From positions 87,944 to 151,943 of IMG/VR virus record IMGVR_UViG_3300048919_000048: a DNA stretch of 64,000 nt; one strand, 5' to 3'. Each line of letters opens with the position of its first letter. The stretch's first letter is position 1. The translations under genes and the position numbers were made by a program. Of the stretch, positions 25,984 to 36,279 are shown one piece after another. The stretch comes from a virus. Below the pieces are notes generated by a model, which worked only from the letters and a program-made list of their open reading frames with translations, searched no databases and had not been told where the DNA came from.

Positions 25984-27363
25984 ATGAGTAACGTAACGAG
26001 TATTCTTGCAGAGTTGTCAGCAACCCGATCCTTGAAGGAGAAGGAAGCGATCCTGCGAGCAAATGCGGATAATGATGGCCTTAAACAAGCCTTCCAGATC
26101 GCATATTCCAAAGAACTGAACTTCTTCGTTCGTGGGCTGCGTGTCCCGTTCTTCACCCCCGGCCTTCGGACACTGTCAGATAGTGTCCAAATGTTGGTTG
26201 AAAACATCGCCGGGCGTGTATATACTGGTGACGATGCCAAGTCGTACATGACCCAACTGGTGCAGACCTGCGAAGAGCCGGACACCCTGATGAAGATCAT
26301 CAACCGAGACCTGGAATGTGGCATCCAGACCACGCTGACCAACAAGGTGTGGAAAGACCTGATCACGGAACCTCCGTACCAGAGCTACACCCTGTTCAAA
26401 GAGGACCTGTTGCGTAAGTTCAACTACAAGGGCGCTTTCTCCGACGAGAAAATGGACGGCCTGTATGCGGACATCATGGTGTGGCCTGAGCAGGTGGTCT
26501 ACCGATCACGTTCCGGCAAGGAACTGAACTTCCGCGCCCCGGAGAACGTTGAACGTGCGCTGATGAAAGCGGCTGTTGACGATGACGGCACGGCGAAGCC
26601 ATACGTGGCACACGGAGAAGGTCTGGTTATTGATCCAAACGGGTTGCACGGTGTTATGGAACGTGCCGAAGGCAACGGATACCTGAACCAAGACCCGGCA
26701 GATATCGATCGTGACCGTGTTCGCCTGGTGATCTGGGACCGTGTGACGATGGATGAGTATATTGCCCGCAAGTCGAAGCGTCCGTACAGCGAACGCCGCC
26801 TGTCTGCGCAGGGCCTCGCCTGGTGGGTGGAAGATCCGGAGCACATGCAGTTCGTGAAAGGTCGACAGATCAACAGCCTCAAAGAGGCGATCGATCACTT
26901 CATCGAGATGCGTCTCCAGAAGAAAGAAGGCACGGTCCTGAAAGAGGCCGCGATGCCTTGGGGCGACAATAAGACGAAGAAAGGCGTCAAACTGAAGAAC
27001 GAGTTCGATGTGGATCTGGAAGTTGTCGGGACGACCCCGCACAAGAAAGATCCAACACTGATCGGCTCACTGATCTGTCGTACTCGTGACGGACTGCTTG
27101 AAGTTGGTGTCGGCTCCGGCCTGACCGACGCGCTTCGTAAGAAGCCTGCGGAATATTTCATCGGACAGATCATCACGATCAAGGCCAACGACATCACGAA
27201 GTCGGAGACCAAAGAGCTTCAGTCTCTGTTCCTGCCGCGCCTCAACTACAAATTCGTTGAGATCCGCTTGGACAAGACGGTCGCAAACAGTCTGCCGGAA
27301 GTGATCGAGGCGTCTGACTCACTGCTGGATCTGCTGCGGGCCATCGCGGAGGACCTGGAATGA
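25984..27363 (+). CDS. lig: ATP-dependent DNA ligase
   Basis: EKMDG (KxDG), HGE, WD, EGTVLK, KLK, GVGSG, SLFLP motifs; start MSNV with AGGAG RBS. Confidence 0.93.
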   Translation: MSNVTSILAELSATRSLKEKEAILRANADNDGLKQAFQIAYSKELNFFVRGLRVPFFTPGLRTLSDSVQMLVENIAGRVYTGDDAKSYMTQLVQTCEEPDTLMKIINRDLECGIQTTLTNKVWKDLITEPPYQSYTLFKEDLLRKFNYKGAFSDEKMDGLYADIMVWPEQVVYRSRSGKELNFRAPENVERALMKAAVDDDGTAKPYVAHGEGLVIDPNGLHGVMERAEGNGYLNQDPADIDRDRVRLVIWDRVTMDEYIARKSKRPYSERRLSAQGLAWWVEDPEHMQFVKGRQINSLKEAIDHFIEMRLQKKEGTVLKEAAMPWGDNKTKKGVKLKNEFDVDLEVVGTTPHKKDPTLIGSLICRTRDGLLEVGVGSGLTDALRKKPAEYFIGQIITIKANDITKSETKELQSLFLPRLNYKFVEIRLDKTVANSLPEVIEASDSLLDLLRAIAEDLE

Positions 27364-27800
27364 CAGGATTTTGGATCGGTGCTGTCGCCTGCGTCATTCT
27401 CGGGTGTGTTTGGTACTGGGACAAGTTCATAACGCCAAAGCGTATGACCCGGCCCCCGGTAAATCGGATCATGGAGCTTATTGCAGAGAAGAAGCTGGAA
27501 GTGTACGACAATCCGTCACAAGCGGATCGGGATCGCTGTAGCCACTTTGTTGACTATGTGATCCTCGACACCCAGCGCGGCGCAAAGACCTTCATGTACC
27601 GGGATGCCTTCCACGGATCTGCTGTTACCTCCGGAGATCTTGACTGGATGAATCGCTGGGAGCAAAACCGAGTTCTTAAACTGGTCGAGCAGATCTGCGG
27701 TGCCCGAAGGAAGGCGTATCGTAAAGCGTGTGCCGTCGAGAGGGAGGCCCGTGACGAGCGCCGACGGGAAGAAGCACAAAAGATTTACGAAAGTCGTTGA
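27360..27800 (+). CDS. Membrane-anchored hypothetical protein
   Basis: N-terminal TM. Confidence 0.55.
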   Translation: MTGFWIGAVACVILGCVWYWDKFITPKRMTRPPVNRIMELIAEKKLEVYDNPSQADRDRCSHFVDYVILDTQRGAKTFMYRDAFHGSAVTSGDLDWMNRWEQNRVLKLVEQICGARRKAYRKACAVEREARDERRREEAQKIYESR

Positions 27801-27830
27801 CAGTGTGCCGGGGCCATGTATAATGGCCCC
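27797..27830 (+). promoter_or_regulatory. Sigma70-like promoter, 16-bp spacer, palindrome over -10
   Basis: TTGACA-16-TATAAT; GGGGCCAT-gtata-ATGGCCCC. Confidence 0.75.
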
Positions 27831-27855
27831 CACTGAAACAGAAAAGGAGAAGTTG

Positions 27856-28218
27856 ATGTCGCAGTTTATTAAAGATGCCATTCGTACCGAGTCCCACAAT
27901 TTCTATCTGGATGCGGTTGGGCCGCGCCTGATTCACGCCTCTATGGGTCTGGTAACGGAAGCGGCAGAGTTTCAGGATGCTCTGAAGAAGTCACTGTTCT
28001 ACGGTAAGCCGCTGGACACCACCAACCTGAAAGAAGAGGTGGGTGACCTGCTGTGGTATCTGGCGCTGGCGATGGACGCACTGAACACCGATTTCGATGC
28101 GGAGCAGGATCGTGTGATCCGTAAGCTAAAGGCTCGTTACCCAAGCAAGTTCGATAACGAACTGGCAGAGAACCGCGATCTGGCAACCGAGCGCAAGATC
28201 TTGGAGACCGACAAGTAA
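27856..28218 (+). CDS. MazG-like NTP pyrophosphohydrolase
   Basis: GLVTEAAEFQD.LKK...EEVGDLLWY...KLKARYP. Confidence 0.85.
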   Translation: MSQFIKDAIRTESHNFYLDAVGPRLIHASMGLVTEAAEFQDALKKSLFYGKPLDTTNLKEEVGDLLWYLALAMDALNTDFDAEQDRVIRKLKARYPSKFDNELAENRDLATERKILETDK

Positions 28219-28394
28219 TGCCGATGTATTCTTACAAATGCCCCGAGTGCGGGTCAGTATTTGACAAGAATCGAAAGATTGCAGAGCGCGAAACTGCCCC
28301 TTGCAATTGCGGCGGTACTGCGGTAAAGTCTCTTTCTGCTCCCCGGGGCATTAAGAATGGTTATTTTGAACAAGGGCGAATGTTCGTCCGATAG
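28218..28394 (+). CDS. FmdB-like zinc-ribbon protein
   Basis: MPMYSYKCPECG...APCNCGG (58 aa, below ORF-track cut-off). Confidence 0.8.
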   Translation: MPMYSYKCPECGSVFDKNRKIAERETAPCNCGGTAVKSLSAPRGIKNGYFEQGRMFVR

Positions 28395-28402
28395 GAGGAC
28401 TA

Positions 28403-28738
28403 ATGGAAACTAAAATGACAATGCAGAGCCTGGTACCGTTCGCATACGACCCGACCAAAAACGCTGTGATTTTCGATGGTCATCGCGTAACTGGTTTTGC
28501 ACAGCCACTGAAGTACCGCCGTGTTGAGGAGGATACTCACGAGCTTCATCTTCAGGTCGTGAGCGAGTTCCTCCAGAAGATCGGTGTCGGTAATACTGGC
28601 GTACTAACCATCGGCGCACATGCGGGTGGCGAACGTAAAGTTTCGATCAACTGCGGTGTTCTTCGTGTGGAAACCATTTACATCAAAGAACTGACCGGAG
28701 ATGTACCTGAGGTTGTGGTAGTTCTGAAAAAAGTTTAA
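28403..28738 (+). CDS. Tail-tube-like (DUF3277-like) truncated protein
   Basis: AYDPTKNAVIFDGHRVTGFA and LHLQVVS resemble myophage tube motifs; located outside structural region. Confidence 0.5.
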   Translation: METKMTMQSLVPFAYDPTKNAVIFDGHRVTGFAQPLKYRRVEEDTHELHLQVVSEFLQKIGVGNTGVLTIGAHAGGERKVSINCGVLRVETIYIKELTGDVPEVVVVLKKV

Positions 28739-28807
28739 GTTTTTGTTTACACGCTGAGTTAAAACGAGCATAATGCTCACACATTCACTGAAGAGGAGTA
28801 ATACACA

Positions 28808-29125
28808 ATGGCTAAAATCAAAATCGAACTGCTGAACACCCTGCCTTCTGATCCGGCTGTCCGTAAGCGCCTGGCAAACATCGTTCAGGAAGGTGTTGAT
28901 GCGATTCGTAAGCAGAAAGATGGCGCAGAGGATCTGAAAAGCATCCTGGCGATCACCAAAGAAGACCTTAACATCGATCCGAAATTCCTGCGTACCCTGA
29001 TCAATGGTGAGTACGACAAGCAGGATGCCGCAGAGAAAAAACGTGCGGCGCTGGAAGGCCAGATCGAACAACTGAACGAACTGGACATCCTGATGGGTCG
29101 TAAGGCCGACGAAGACGGCGAGTAA
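28808..29125 (+). CDS. dsDNA-binding protein (T4 DsbA/GapR-like)
   Basis: Helical EDLKSI...KEDLNIDPKFLRTLI pattern; strong RBS and codon bias. Confidence 0.65.
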   Translation: MAKIKIELLNTLPSDPAVRKRLANIVQEGVDAIRKQKDGAEDLKSILAITKEDLNIDPKFLRTLINGEYDKQDAAEKKRAALEGQIEQLNELDILMGRKADEDGE

Positions 29126-29198
29126 TACCCCGCTATGCAGTACCCGCCCCTCCGGGGGCGGTTAACCCCAAATAATAATTGAGAAAGGAGATTTACCC

Positions 29199-29477
29199 AT
29201 GAATATCAACTTCAACGATGCAACCTTCGAAAAACTGCGTTTCCTGGCTGACCGTGAAGGTCGCTCCGTAGCCGCATTCGTTTCCATGCGTATGGATGAA
29301 CTGGCAGACCAACTGGTAAACACCACCTTCACTCTGAACGAACTTCCGGCGGGTGTGCAACTGGCACATCTGGACCCGACACCGCGCCCGGCCCCGGTGC
29401 GTAGCGGAGAACAAGCGTTCTACGTTCTGCCAAGCGATAATCAGAATGAGCGCCGTTACGCTGAAGACCAATACTAA
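29199..29477 (+). CDS. Ribbon-helix-helix regulator
   Basis: MNINFNDATFEKLRFLADREGRSVAAFV Arc/CopG signature. Confidence 0.7.
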   Translation: MNINFNDATFEKLRFLADREGRSVAAFVSMRMDELADQLVNTTFTLNELPAGVQLAHLDPTPRPAPVRSGEQAFYVLPSDNQNERRYAEDQY

Positions 29478-29575
29478 AATAACCGCCCTTCGGGGCGGTT
29501 TTTCTTTATATCCCTATTGACTCCTGCCAACCATCCTGTATACTACTCACATCAAACAACGAAAGAGGAAATATC

Positions 29576-30094
29576 ATGTCGAACAGCATTAACCTGACCT
29601 TCATCGAAAAATGGATCAACAATGTATCGATCTACCCTCCGGCAGAGATTTTCTTCCAAGCTCCAAAGAGCCAAGAGAAGAAAGAGAAGCGCTGCAAGGA
29701 GATTTGTGAGTCTCTATACCGTTTCAACTGGGAGGACTCCCCGGTGCCAAACCCAATAGGCACTGTTCGTGAGATTGTCCGGGAGATGGTGGTGGTTGAT
29801 AAACTGTTCGAATACAACCGATTCCCACCGGATTACCAGAACATCCTGAAATTGCTTGCGAGGTTTTTGAAGGCGGCATGTTATCTGATCGACCAGTTGA
29901 ACGATATGCACAAAGAGCATGAGAAACTGAGCGAATGGTACTTGGAATGGCGACGTGGTCAGTTGCACATCATAATGAACGCAAACCGCTGGGGTGCTGA
30001 CATCCTGCGATTGCCGACAGAGGGCGAGTACGCCGATCAGATTCAAAAACAGTTTTTAGACGACGTATCACTGACACTGAAGGAAATGGAATGA
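29576..30094 (+). CDS. Hypothetical protein
   Basis: Follows TTGACT-16-TATACT promoter (29517-29544), GAGG RBS. Confidence 0.65.
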   Translation: MSNSINLTFIEKWINNVSIYPPAEIFFQAPKSQEKKEKRCKEICESLYRFNWEDSPVPNPIGTVREIVREMVVVDKLFEYNRFPPDYQNILKLLARFLKAACYLIDQLNDMHKEHEKLSEWYLEWRRGQLHIIMNANRWGADILRLPTEGEYADQIQKQFLDDVSLTLKEME

Positions 30095-30290
30095 GGACAG
30101 ATATGAAATGGCGTGACCTAGCCTTGCAGTTCGATGGTCATCGTATGCAGGCTCTCTGTTTTCTGAAGCAGATTCTCGGATCTTTGCCGGAAACGGAGTT
30201 CCCAGAGGCCCGGCAGTTTTTGAAAGAAGGTCCAATCCCCGGCGAAGAGATCCTTCGTCAACGTCTACAGGAAATGATGGAGAAAATAAA

Positions 30291-30497
30291 ATGAAATACT
30301 TCGCACTGGGCTTTTCTATCGCAGCACTGGTTGCCGTCATTATGATGGGTAATGCACAGGCGGCACAGACGCTTGACCTGGAGGATTACTACACCGACGG
30401 CAGCGACAAGGTATGCATCTACAGCAACGGTCGAACCACTGTGGCAATCACTCACGAGGGGGGCGGTTCTTGCCCTTCCAAATACGTTAAGCACTGA
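30291..30497 (+). CDS. Small exported protein
   Basis: Signal peptide ending AQA; two Cys (CIY...CP). Confidence 0.6.
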   Translation: MKYFALGFSIAALVAVIMMGNAQAAQTLDLEDYYTDGSDKVCIYSNGRTTVAITHEGGGSCPSKYVKH

Positions 30498-30716
30498 GGT
30501 GACAATGACATATTTCAAAATTAAGTCAGCGCACCTGCCGTGGCTGGAGATGGAGATTTGCAAGGGGACGATCTTTTATCAGCACTACAGCTTCGCCACA
30601 CCAGACTGGGTTCCATGCGGAGCTTACCGGGAAGGCAGTGCCAGCTATGATCGTCTGTCGGCAGAAGAGGTCAGCCGCATGATCAAAAAAGACAAAAACG
30701 TATACTGGAGGAACTG

Positions 30717-31229
30717 ATGACTTTATTCGAAGAGTACGCGATGTTGGTGTCCAACGGCAATGCTGACTTGCACAAGGACCTCCACGGGTGTTATGATGAC
30801 CCACAAGTGATGTTGCTGCTGGTGGACTTTGAGCGCAAGGTGAAAGCCAATCTCTTCAGTGTATTCGACGAGATGGCTCCTGAAGGTCTCCCGGATGTTT
30901 GCTACAAAGTGGCGGATTGGTGGGACGGACGTAAGTTGCAGCGCCGGATTGTGTCGGCAGCAAATCGCTTCGAACTGAAGGACGGTGGGACTCTGGTTAT
31001 CCCCGGTGCCCGTCACTACTCCCGCGATATGGCGGCGGTTATTGACCAAGTACGCGACAAACTGGTGAATGATCATGTGCATGGGGATGACCAAGGGTTC
31101 ATCGACCAGTGGGGAGAGTACCACACCCGCGAAGAAGCAGTTATCATCGCCACCCACGCCGGACAGATTGACCGCTGGCGTCGAAAAGGTGGTCCGGCAA
31201 ACGAATTATTCAGCGAGGACCTTTACTGA
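30717..31229 (+). CDS. Conserved phage protein (LFSEDLY family)
   Basis: IVSAA...GARH...QGFIDQ.G...REEA..IA...GQ...LFSEDLY. Confidence 0.6.
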   Translation: MTLFEEYAMLVSNGNADLHKDLHGCYDDPQVMLLLVDFERKVKANLFSVFDEMAPEGLPDVCYKVADWWDGRKLQRRIVSAANRFELKDGGTLVIPGARHYSRDMAAVIDQVRDKLVNDHVHGDDQGFIDQWGEYHTREEAVIIATHAGQIDRWRRKGGPANELFSEDLY

Positions 31230-32539
31230 TGGGTAGGTTAAGGGTCGGTGAAAGTCATGACAATCCATTTATGACTTTATCACAATTCCAGAAGTATGCG
31301 TCCCCACGCGACTGGAAATGGTTCTCCACATCGTTCTTTGAGGCGGGGTATGGAAACGACACACCCGGCGAGGTTATGATTCACTTCTATGAGTGCAGAA
31401 ACAAGTACATGTCTGAAAGATGCGCTGAAGAAATGAGCGCTTGGTACAATAAGGAGAGAGGGATTTAATGAAAATCTGGACAATCTTTTACAAAGTTGAT
31501 GGCGTTGAGAAAACGTACCAAATCCCGGCGGAAGACTATATTCACGCCCTTGTGCGCCTGGGTCAGATCTACGGCGACAAAGAAGGCAAAGATGATCGTG
31601 TAATCGTCGTGCAGAAGGTGATGTGATGGAAACTGTGACTATCGAAGTATTTGCGGTGGATATGTCGAAGGCTGTCGGGTTCCGCAAGATGGAGCCTACT
31701 GGCCCGGCGGGGCTACGATTCGGACTGTATCTTCCGGCGAAGGGTGAGAAATTGACCCGATTTGGTCAATTGGTGGATATTCTTGACGCCCATTTGATTG
31801 ACAGCCCGTTGTTCCCGTGGAAGATTTCCTATATCCACATCAACCCCGGGTATTACAAAGAGGATTCCAGTATTCTGCTGGCGCAGTATCTTCCGGAGCT
31901 TCCTTTGTCGGCAGACTGCCGCATCAGTTGCCCGGCGTCCCTAATTTTTGGAGATGGACTATGATTAAGATTCTTTTTGCATTTCTCTATGTCGTGTTCA
32001 TCGTCGCTATGAGTTGCATTATTCCGGCGATTATGATCCCGGTGTTCCAAGACTACGGGTTGTATGCCCGAGATGTGGTCGGTTTCACCCTGACGATCAC
32101 CCTAATTTCTGATATAATCCTGCTCGGATTTGGGGCAGTGGTGTGGAGCGTATACGCATGAAAGTGATTCATCCAATCAAAAACGGCATGTTCCCGATCC
32201 AGACAGTCCTGCGGGACCTTGCTAACCAAGAGAACTGCGATGGTGATCCATATGACCAGATGTATCAGGCCGCTGATTACATCGACGATCTGGAGGCTCG
32301 CTTGGAGTTCTTCCGTGAAAAGTACAACCGACTTGCCGGGGAGTTTAACGTATGAGTTATGTTGCGGGTTTTTACATGATCACTCAGCGAAATGGCCTGA
32401 CGCCGATCAAGTTCCGCATTGATGGTCATCAAGTCATACCGACATTCTCGTCATATCGTGAGGCATCTATGTTCGCCGACGATAACGTTCCGATGGATGT
32501 TGACTACCGTGTCACTGAAGTAGCTATTGGGAGAGCATA

Positions 32540-33097
32540 ATGAAAGTAACCGATAAGCATGTGTTCTTTTACTCGTGGAAGGACATGTTTAGCAATCATT
32601 ACCGCAATGACCGGGCTTTCGCTTTACCGCGCCATGAGCAGGAAGGTGTGAAGTTCTACACTGGGGAGCACATGATGATGTACGAAAAGGCCATGCTGTT
32701 TGCCGATCACAATATCGCCCGGCAGATCACAGAGGTCTTCCACCCGCAAGAGGCCAAGATGCTGGGCCGTAAGGTAAAGGGATTCAACAACGTACTGTGG
32801 GAGAAGTCCAGAGAGCAGATCGTCGAGAACGTCTGCTACTGCCGCCTGGTGTTCGACCTCGGCCTCCGCTGCGAGGCGATACAGCACCGACTGGCGGGCC
32901 GCAGTTTCGTCGAGGCATCTGACCGGGATCGCATCTGGGGTGTGGGTCTGAGCCAAGATCACCCGATGATTGATGACGAGGCCAACTGGCTGGGCCTGAA
33001 CCTACTGGGTAAGGCGTGGGACCGGGCGACTGACGCCCTTATTGATCGCTGCGGCGGATATGACCGTGTGAGAGGTGATTTTGCAGATCAAGCATAA
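32540..33097 (+). CDS. NADAR/YbiA-family ADP-ribosyl glycohydrolase
   Basis: FSNHY, EHMMMYEKAMLFAD, KMLGRKV, VEAS..DRIWGVG, GLNLLG. Confidence 0.9.
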   Translation: MKVTDKHVFFYSWKDMFSNHYRNDRAFALPRHEQEGVKFYTGEHMMMYEKAMLFADHNIARQITEVFHPQEAKMLGRKVKGFNNVLWEKSREQIVENVCYCRLVFDLGLRCEAIQHRLAGRSFVEASDRDRIWGVGLSQDHPMIDDEANWLGLNLLGKAWDRATDALIDRCGGYDRVRGDFADQA

Positions 33098-33584
33098 GAT
33101 TTGTCTAATCCCACAAACGGCGTGGGATAACAACCTTCGCTCCTACCTCACCCAAGCTGGGTGGGATAAGGTGCGCCGTAAGTGCTATGCCGAGCACAAC
33201 TATACCTGCCAGATCTGTGGCGGGCAGGGTGGTAACGGAAGAAAACATCCGGTTGAGTGCCATGAAAGCTGGACATTCGAAAACGGAGAGGTTAAACTGG
33301 TCGGCCTCATGAGCCTGTGTCCGCCGTGCCATGAGTTCCACCACCCGGGACTCGCAGAGAAGAACGGGAAATTGGAAAGAGCGATCAAGCAATTCATGAA
33401 GGTCAATGGGATCAGTCGTGATCAGGCCATTGCCTATCTGAAAAGTGAGTTCGCCACATGGCAGCAGCGCAGCCAGCAGGAGTGGTCGCTTAACATCGAC
33501 TACCTGAGTGAGTACATGGGGCCGGACTTCAAGTTCAAGCGCCCCGTCAAGGAAGACAAGGATGATTTTGGTGATGCGTTCTAA
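33075..33584 (+). CDS. HNH endonuclease-like protein
   Basis: CQICG, VECHE, LCPPCHEFHH. Confidence 0.8.
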   Translation: MILQIKHKICLIPQTAWDNNLRSYLTQAGWDKVRRKCYAEHNYTCQICGGQGGNGRKHPVECHESWTFENGEVKLVGLMSLCPPCHEFHHPGLAEKNGKLERAIKQFMKVNGISRDQAIAYLKSEFATWQQRSQQEWSLNIDYLSEYMGPDFKFKRPVKEDKDDFGDAF

Positions 33585-33596
33585 GAGGAGTAGGTA

Positions 33597-34709
33597 ATGG
33601 GTTATCCTGTAGTAGAAAACTTTAAGGATATTGTTACGGATGATGTTACTATTGTTCTTGATTTGGATCAGACGTGTTATGTTGCGGCGGCGGGCGCGGA
33701 AAAGCGAACCATTATCGCAACCCACATTAAGTCTGGTCGCCAGATGGAGTTCAAGAACAAGACGGAGTTCTGGGGCCGACAGCAAACCGTAGTTGGCGGC
33801 TGGCTGAAGGACCAGAACACCAACATGGAAGCCAAAATGCTGGCGTCGGGGAAGGAATTCAAACCTTGGACCCGTGAGGACTTCACGATCGAGGATAAGC
33901 AGACCCCGGAACCCGTGGAGAACTGCCTGCATTTGCTGAAGATCAAGATCAACGCGATCCTTGAGCATATGGGCACAACCAATGGGCTGGGCGTCCTTGG
34001 AGGGGAAGGTAATTTCCGGCTGGTTTTACCTACTCCGGAGATCTACAAAGGGAACCGTGAGGATACTATCCGGCCGCTCCTTTTGGCAGACACTCGTGAG
34101 TATGTCCAGCGTAAATACGGCGCGATCGTCATCGACGGTATCGAGGCCGATGACTACCTGACCATGAAGCAGTATGAAGGCTGGTTGCATTACAAAAAGA
34201 CTGGCAAATTCAACTACATTGTGGCATCCTTCGATAAGGATCAGGTGCAGTGCCCGGGGCTGATCTTCAACACCATGCGCGATTCGACAGAGCGCGACTG
34301 GAAGCACCCGCTCCCGTGGCTCATTGATGACTCCATGGGTGAGATCTGGATGGAGAGCGGGAAGGTTAAGGGCTGGGGCAAGAAGTTCTTTGGCTACCAG
34401 ATGCTGTTCGGTGACCAGTCGGATAACGTCAAGCCGTACCAGAACTTCGACAAGATCCGGTTTGGTGAAACATCTGCCTTCAAGGTCATCTCTCCTTGTC
34501 AGGACGAGAATGCCATGTGGGCAGCGATCGTTAATCAGTACAAGAAGTGGTTCCCTGACGGGGTTGAGTTCACTGACCACATGGGTGTTCCTCGTAAGTT
34601 CACCGCCGGGCAGTGGGCATCGGTTATCTTCCAGGCTGTCTACATGAAGCGTACACCGGACGATAACACCACTTTGGGAAATGTTCTTCGTAAAGCGGGG
34701 GTTGTGTAA
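33597..34709 (+). CDS. 5'-3' exonuclease (T7 gp6/FEN-like)
   Basis: DLD, NFR..., YKGNR, EADD, DKD, GDQSDN. Confidence 0.88.
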   Translation: MGYPVVENFKDIVTDDVTIVLDLDQTCYVAAAGAEKRTIIATHIKSGRQMEFKNKTEFWGRQQTVVGGWLKDQNTNMEAKMLASGKEFKPWTREDFTIEDKQTPEPVENCLHLLKIKINAILEHMGTTNGLGVLGGEGNFRLVLPTPEIYKGNREDTIRPLLLADTREYVQRKYGAIVIDGIEADDYLTMKQYEGWLHYKKTGKFNYIVASFDKDQVQCPGLIFNTMRDSTERDWKHPLPWLIDDSMGEIWMESGKVKGWGKKFFGYQMLFGDQSDNVKPYQNFDKIRFGETSAFKVISPCQDENAMWAAIVNQYKKWFPDGVEFTDHMGVPRKFTAGQWASVIFQAVYMKRTPDDNTTLGNVLRKAGVV

Positions 34710-35024
34710 TGAGTCAAGACGACGCCAAGGGTTTAGATTCTCGCGTCGAGGAGATGATTAAGGCCGATGAGATCCGGGCGGCGTTTGTGCCCGGTTCCTC
34801 AAAGAACTTTTATCTCATCGAGGAGCCATGGACAATGCTTGAAGAGCCATGGCGTATCCAGTGGTATGATAATCGTACCCGCAGCCTGTGTGAGGTTTAC
34901 CCGGTGGGTGTCCCTTACCCAGGGGACAAGTACGCCATGTTCACGGTGTACGACGAGATCAGTAAGGTCATTAAGAACTACGTGTTTTTGATGAACGAGT
35001 ACCATTTTATTGCTGAGGACGAAG

Positions 35025-35648
35025 ATGCGCTTATTGTCGATTGATCAGAGTATGGCCTCCTGTGCGTATGTTGTCCTTGATGACGGGGTTCCGATCTTCA
35101 AAGAGGTCTTGCATACGACCGGGTCTGAGAAAAAGGCAGGCTCGTCTTCAGACTGGTGTTTGTTCTTCAAACACCCGGCGGAGCAGATCGCATACATCTC
35201 CCGTAAAATTGCGGATGTGTGTGAGTCTTTCGAGGTCGAGCACATCGTGCTTGAATCTTTGAGTTTCGGCTCCGCTGGCAATGCGACCCGCGATCTGGCT
35301 GGTTTATTTTTTGGAATCCAGTTGACACTGCTTCGTGATGGGTATAGCATGGACAATATCCACACCATCGCGCCAACGTCCGTTAAATCTTGGGCACGTA
35401 AATGGCTTCCCGGCGAAGAGCAGGAAGTTCCTAATGCGAAAGGCACCAAGATGGACAAGGTTAAGATGGGCAAAGACGAAATGATGCGTGTCTGCGAGAT
35501 CCTCCACCCGGGGTTCTTGAAGGGCTATAACAAGTCCGGAAAGAATGGCGGGGCAACTGACCTCGCTGACGCCATCCTGATTGGAGGGTGTTTCCTTGAA
35601 AGAAATGGAGATCGACTGGGTTTCGCTAAGAAGGGAAGCAACACGTAA
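35025..35648 (+). CDS. RuvC-like Holliday junction resolvase
   Basis: LSIDQS, VLE, IAPTSVK, DLADA. Confidence 0.8.
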   Translation: MRLLSIDQSMASCAYVVLDDGVPIFKEVLHTTGSEKKAGSSSDWCLFFKHPAEQIAYISRKIADVCESFEVEHIVLESLSFGSAGNATRDLAGLFFGIQLTLLRDGYSMDNIHTIAPTSVKSWARKWLPGEEQEVPNAKGTKMDKVKMGKDEMMRVCEILHPGFLKGYNKSGKNGGATDLADAILIGGCFLERNGDRLGFAKKGSNT

Positions 35649-36279
35649 AATCGTCCTCTGCGGTGATCGGAACGACTGTGAGTATTGGCTGCACGGGCTT
35701 AGTGGTACACTGGGCCGTGACAACACCTATATCTCTCGTGCTCGTGGTAACAGGACGGAACTCTTGGTGCTCGATAAGGCGCTAAACCTCCTGTTCTTGG
35801 TGGAATTCATCAGTACGAACCAGTGGTCGTGGTACGAAAAGATGAGGGGCACCCGGTATGACGAGGTTCTCATCACCCGGCGCGGTATGCAGAGGATGCA
35901 ATACCCGGAACAACTGGCTGATACACTTTCTCGGAGGGAAAGGAATGGGACGGTATTGGAGATGTCTCTTTACTACCTCACGCAAAACGACAGCCAAGCA
36001 GTGAAAAAGTTGGGGCTGGAAACAGCCCAAAGCACTGCGCTCGATAACGGGGATGATGTCGGAACAATGTCGGAAGAATTTGACTTCCCTGTTTCACTTT
36101 TCCGTCGAAGCATGATGGGTTATTTTGAAGATTACCGCCGTCCAACACGTGAGGAATTTCTCTTCGCGCTGACAATGGAGAATATTAGTGGCAGTACGGC
36201 CCGGGAGAAGAAGGCGATCGAAGAGGCCCTCCTTTACGTCCAAAGTAAAGGCAACAACGCCAATTCGAGTTCCGCTTAG
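35605..36279 (+). CDS. Hypothetical protein
   Basis: ORF filling gap between RuvC-like and EndoVII genes. Confidence 0.55.
   Translation: MEIDWVSLRREATRKIVLCGDRNDCEYWLHGLSGTLGRDNTYISRARGNRTELLVLDKALNLLFLVEFISTNQWSWYEKMRGTRYDEVLITRRGMQRMQYPEQLADTLSRRERNGTVLEMSLYYLTQNDSQAVKKLGLETAQSTALDNGDDVGTMSEEFDFPVSLFRRSMMGYFEDYRRPTREEFLFALTMENISGSTAREKKAIEEALLYVQSKGNNANSSSA

Noticed and set aside
33075-33584. HNH gene as a mobile homing endonuclease
   Set aside because: Coupled within the nuclease operon, no intron context or DNA-binding add-on domain.
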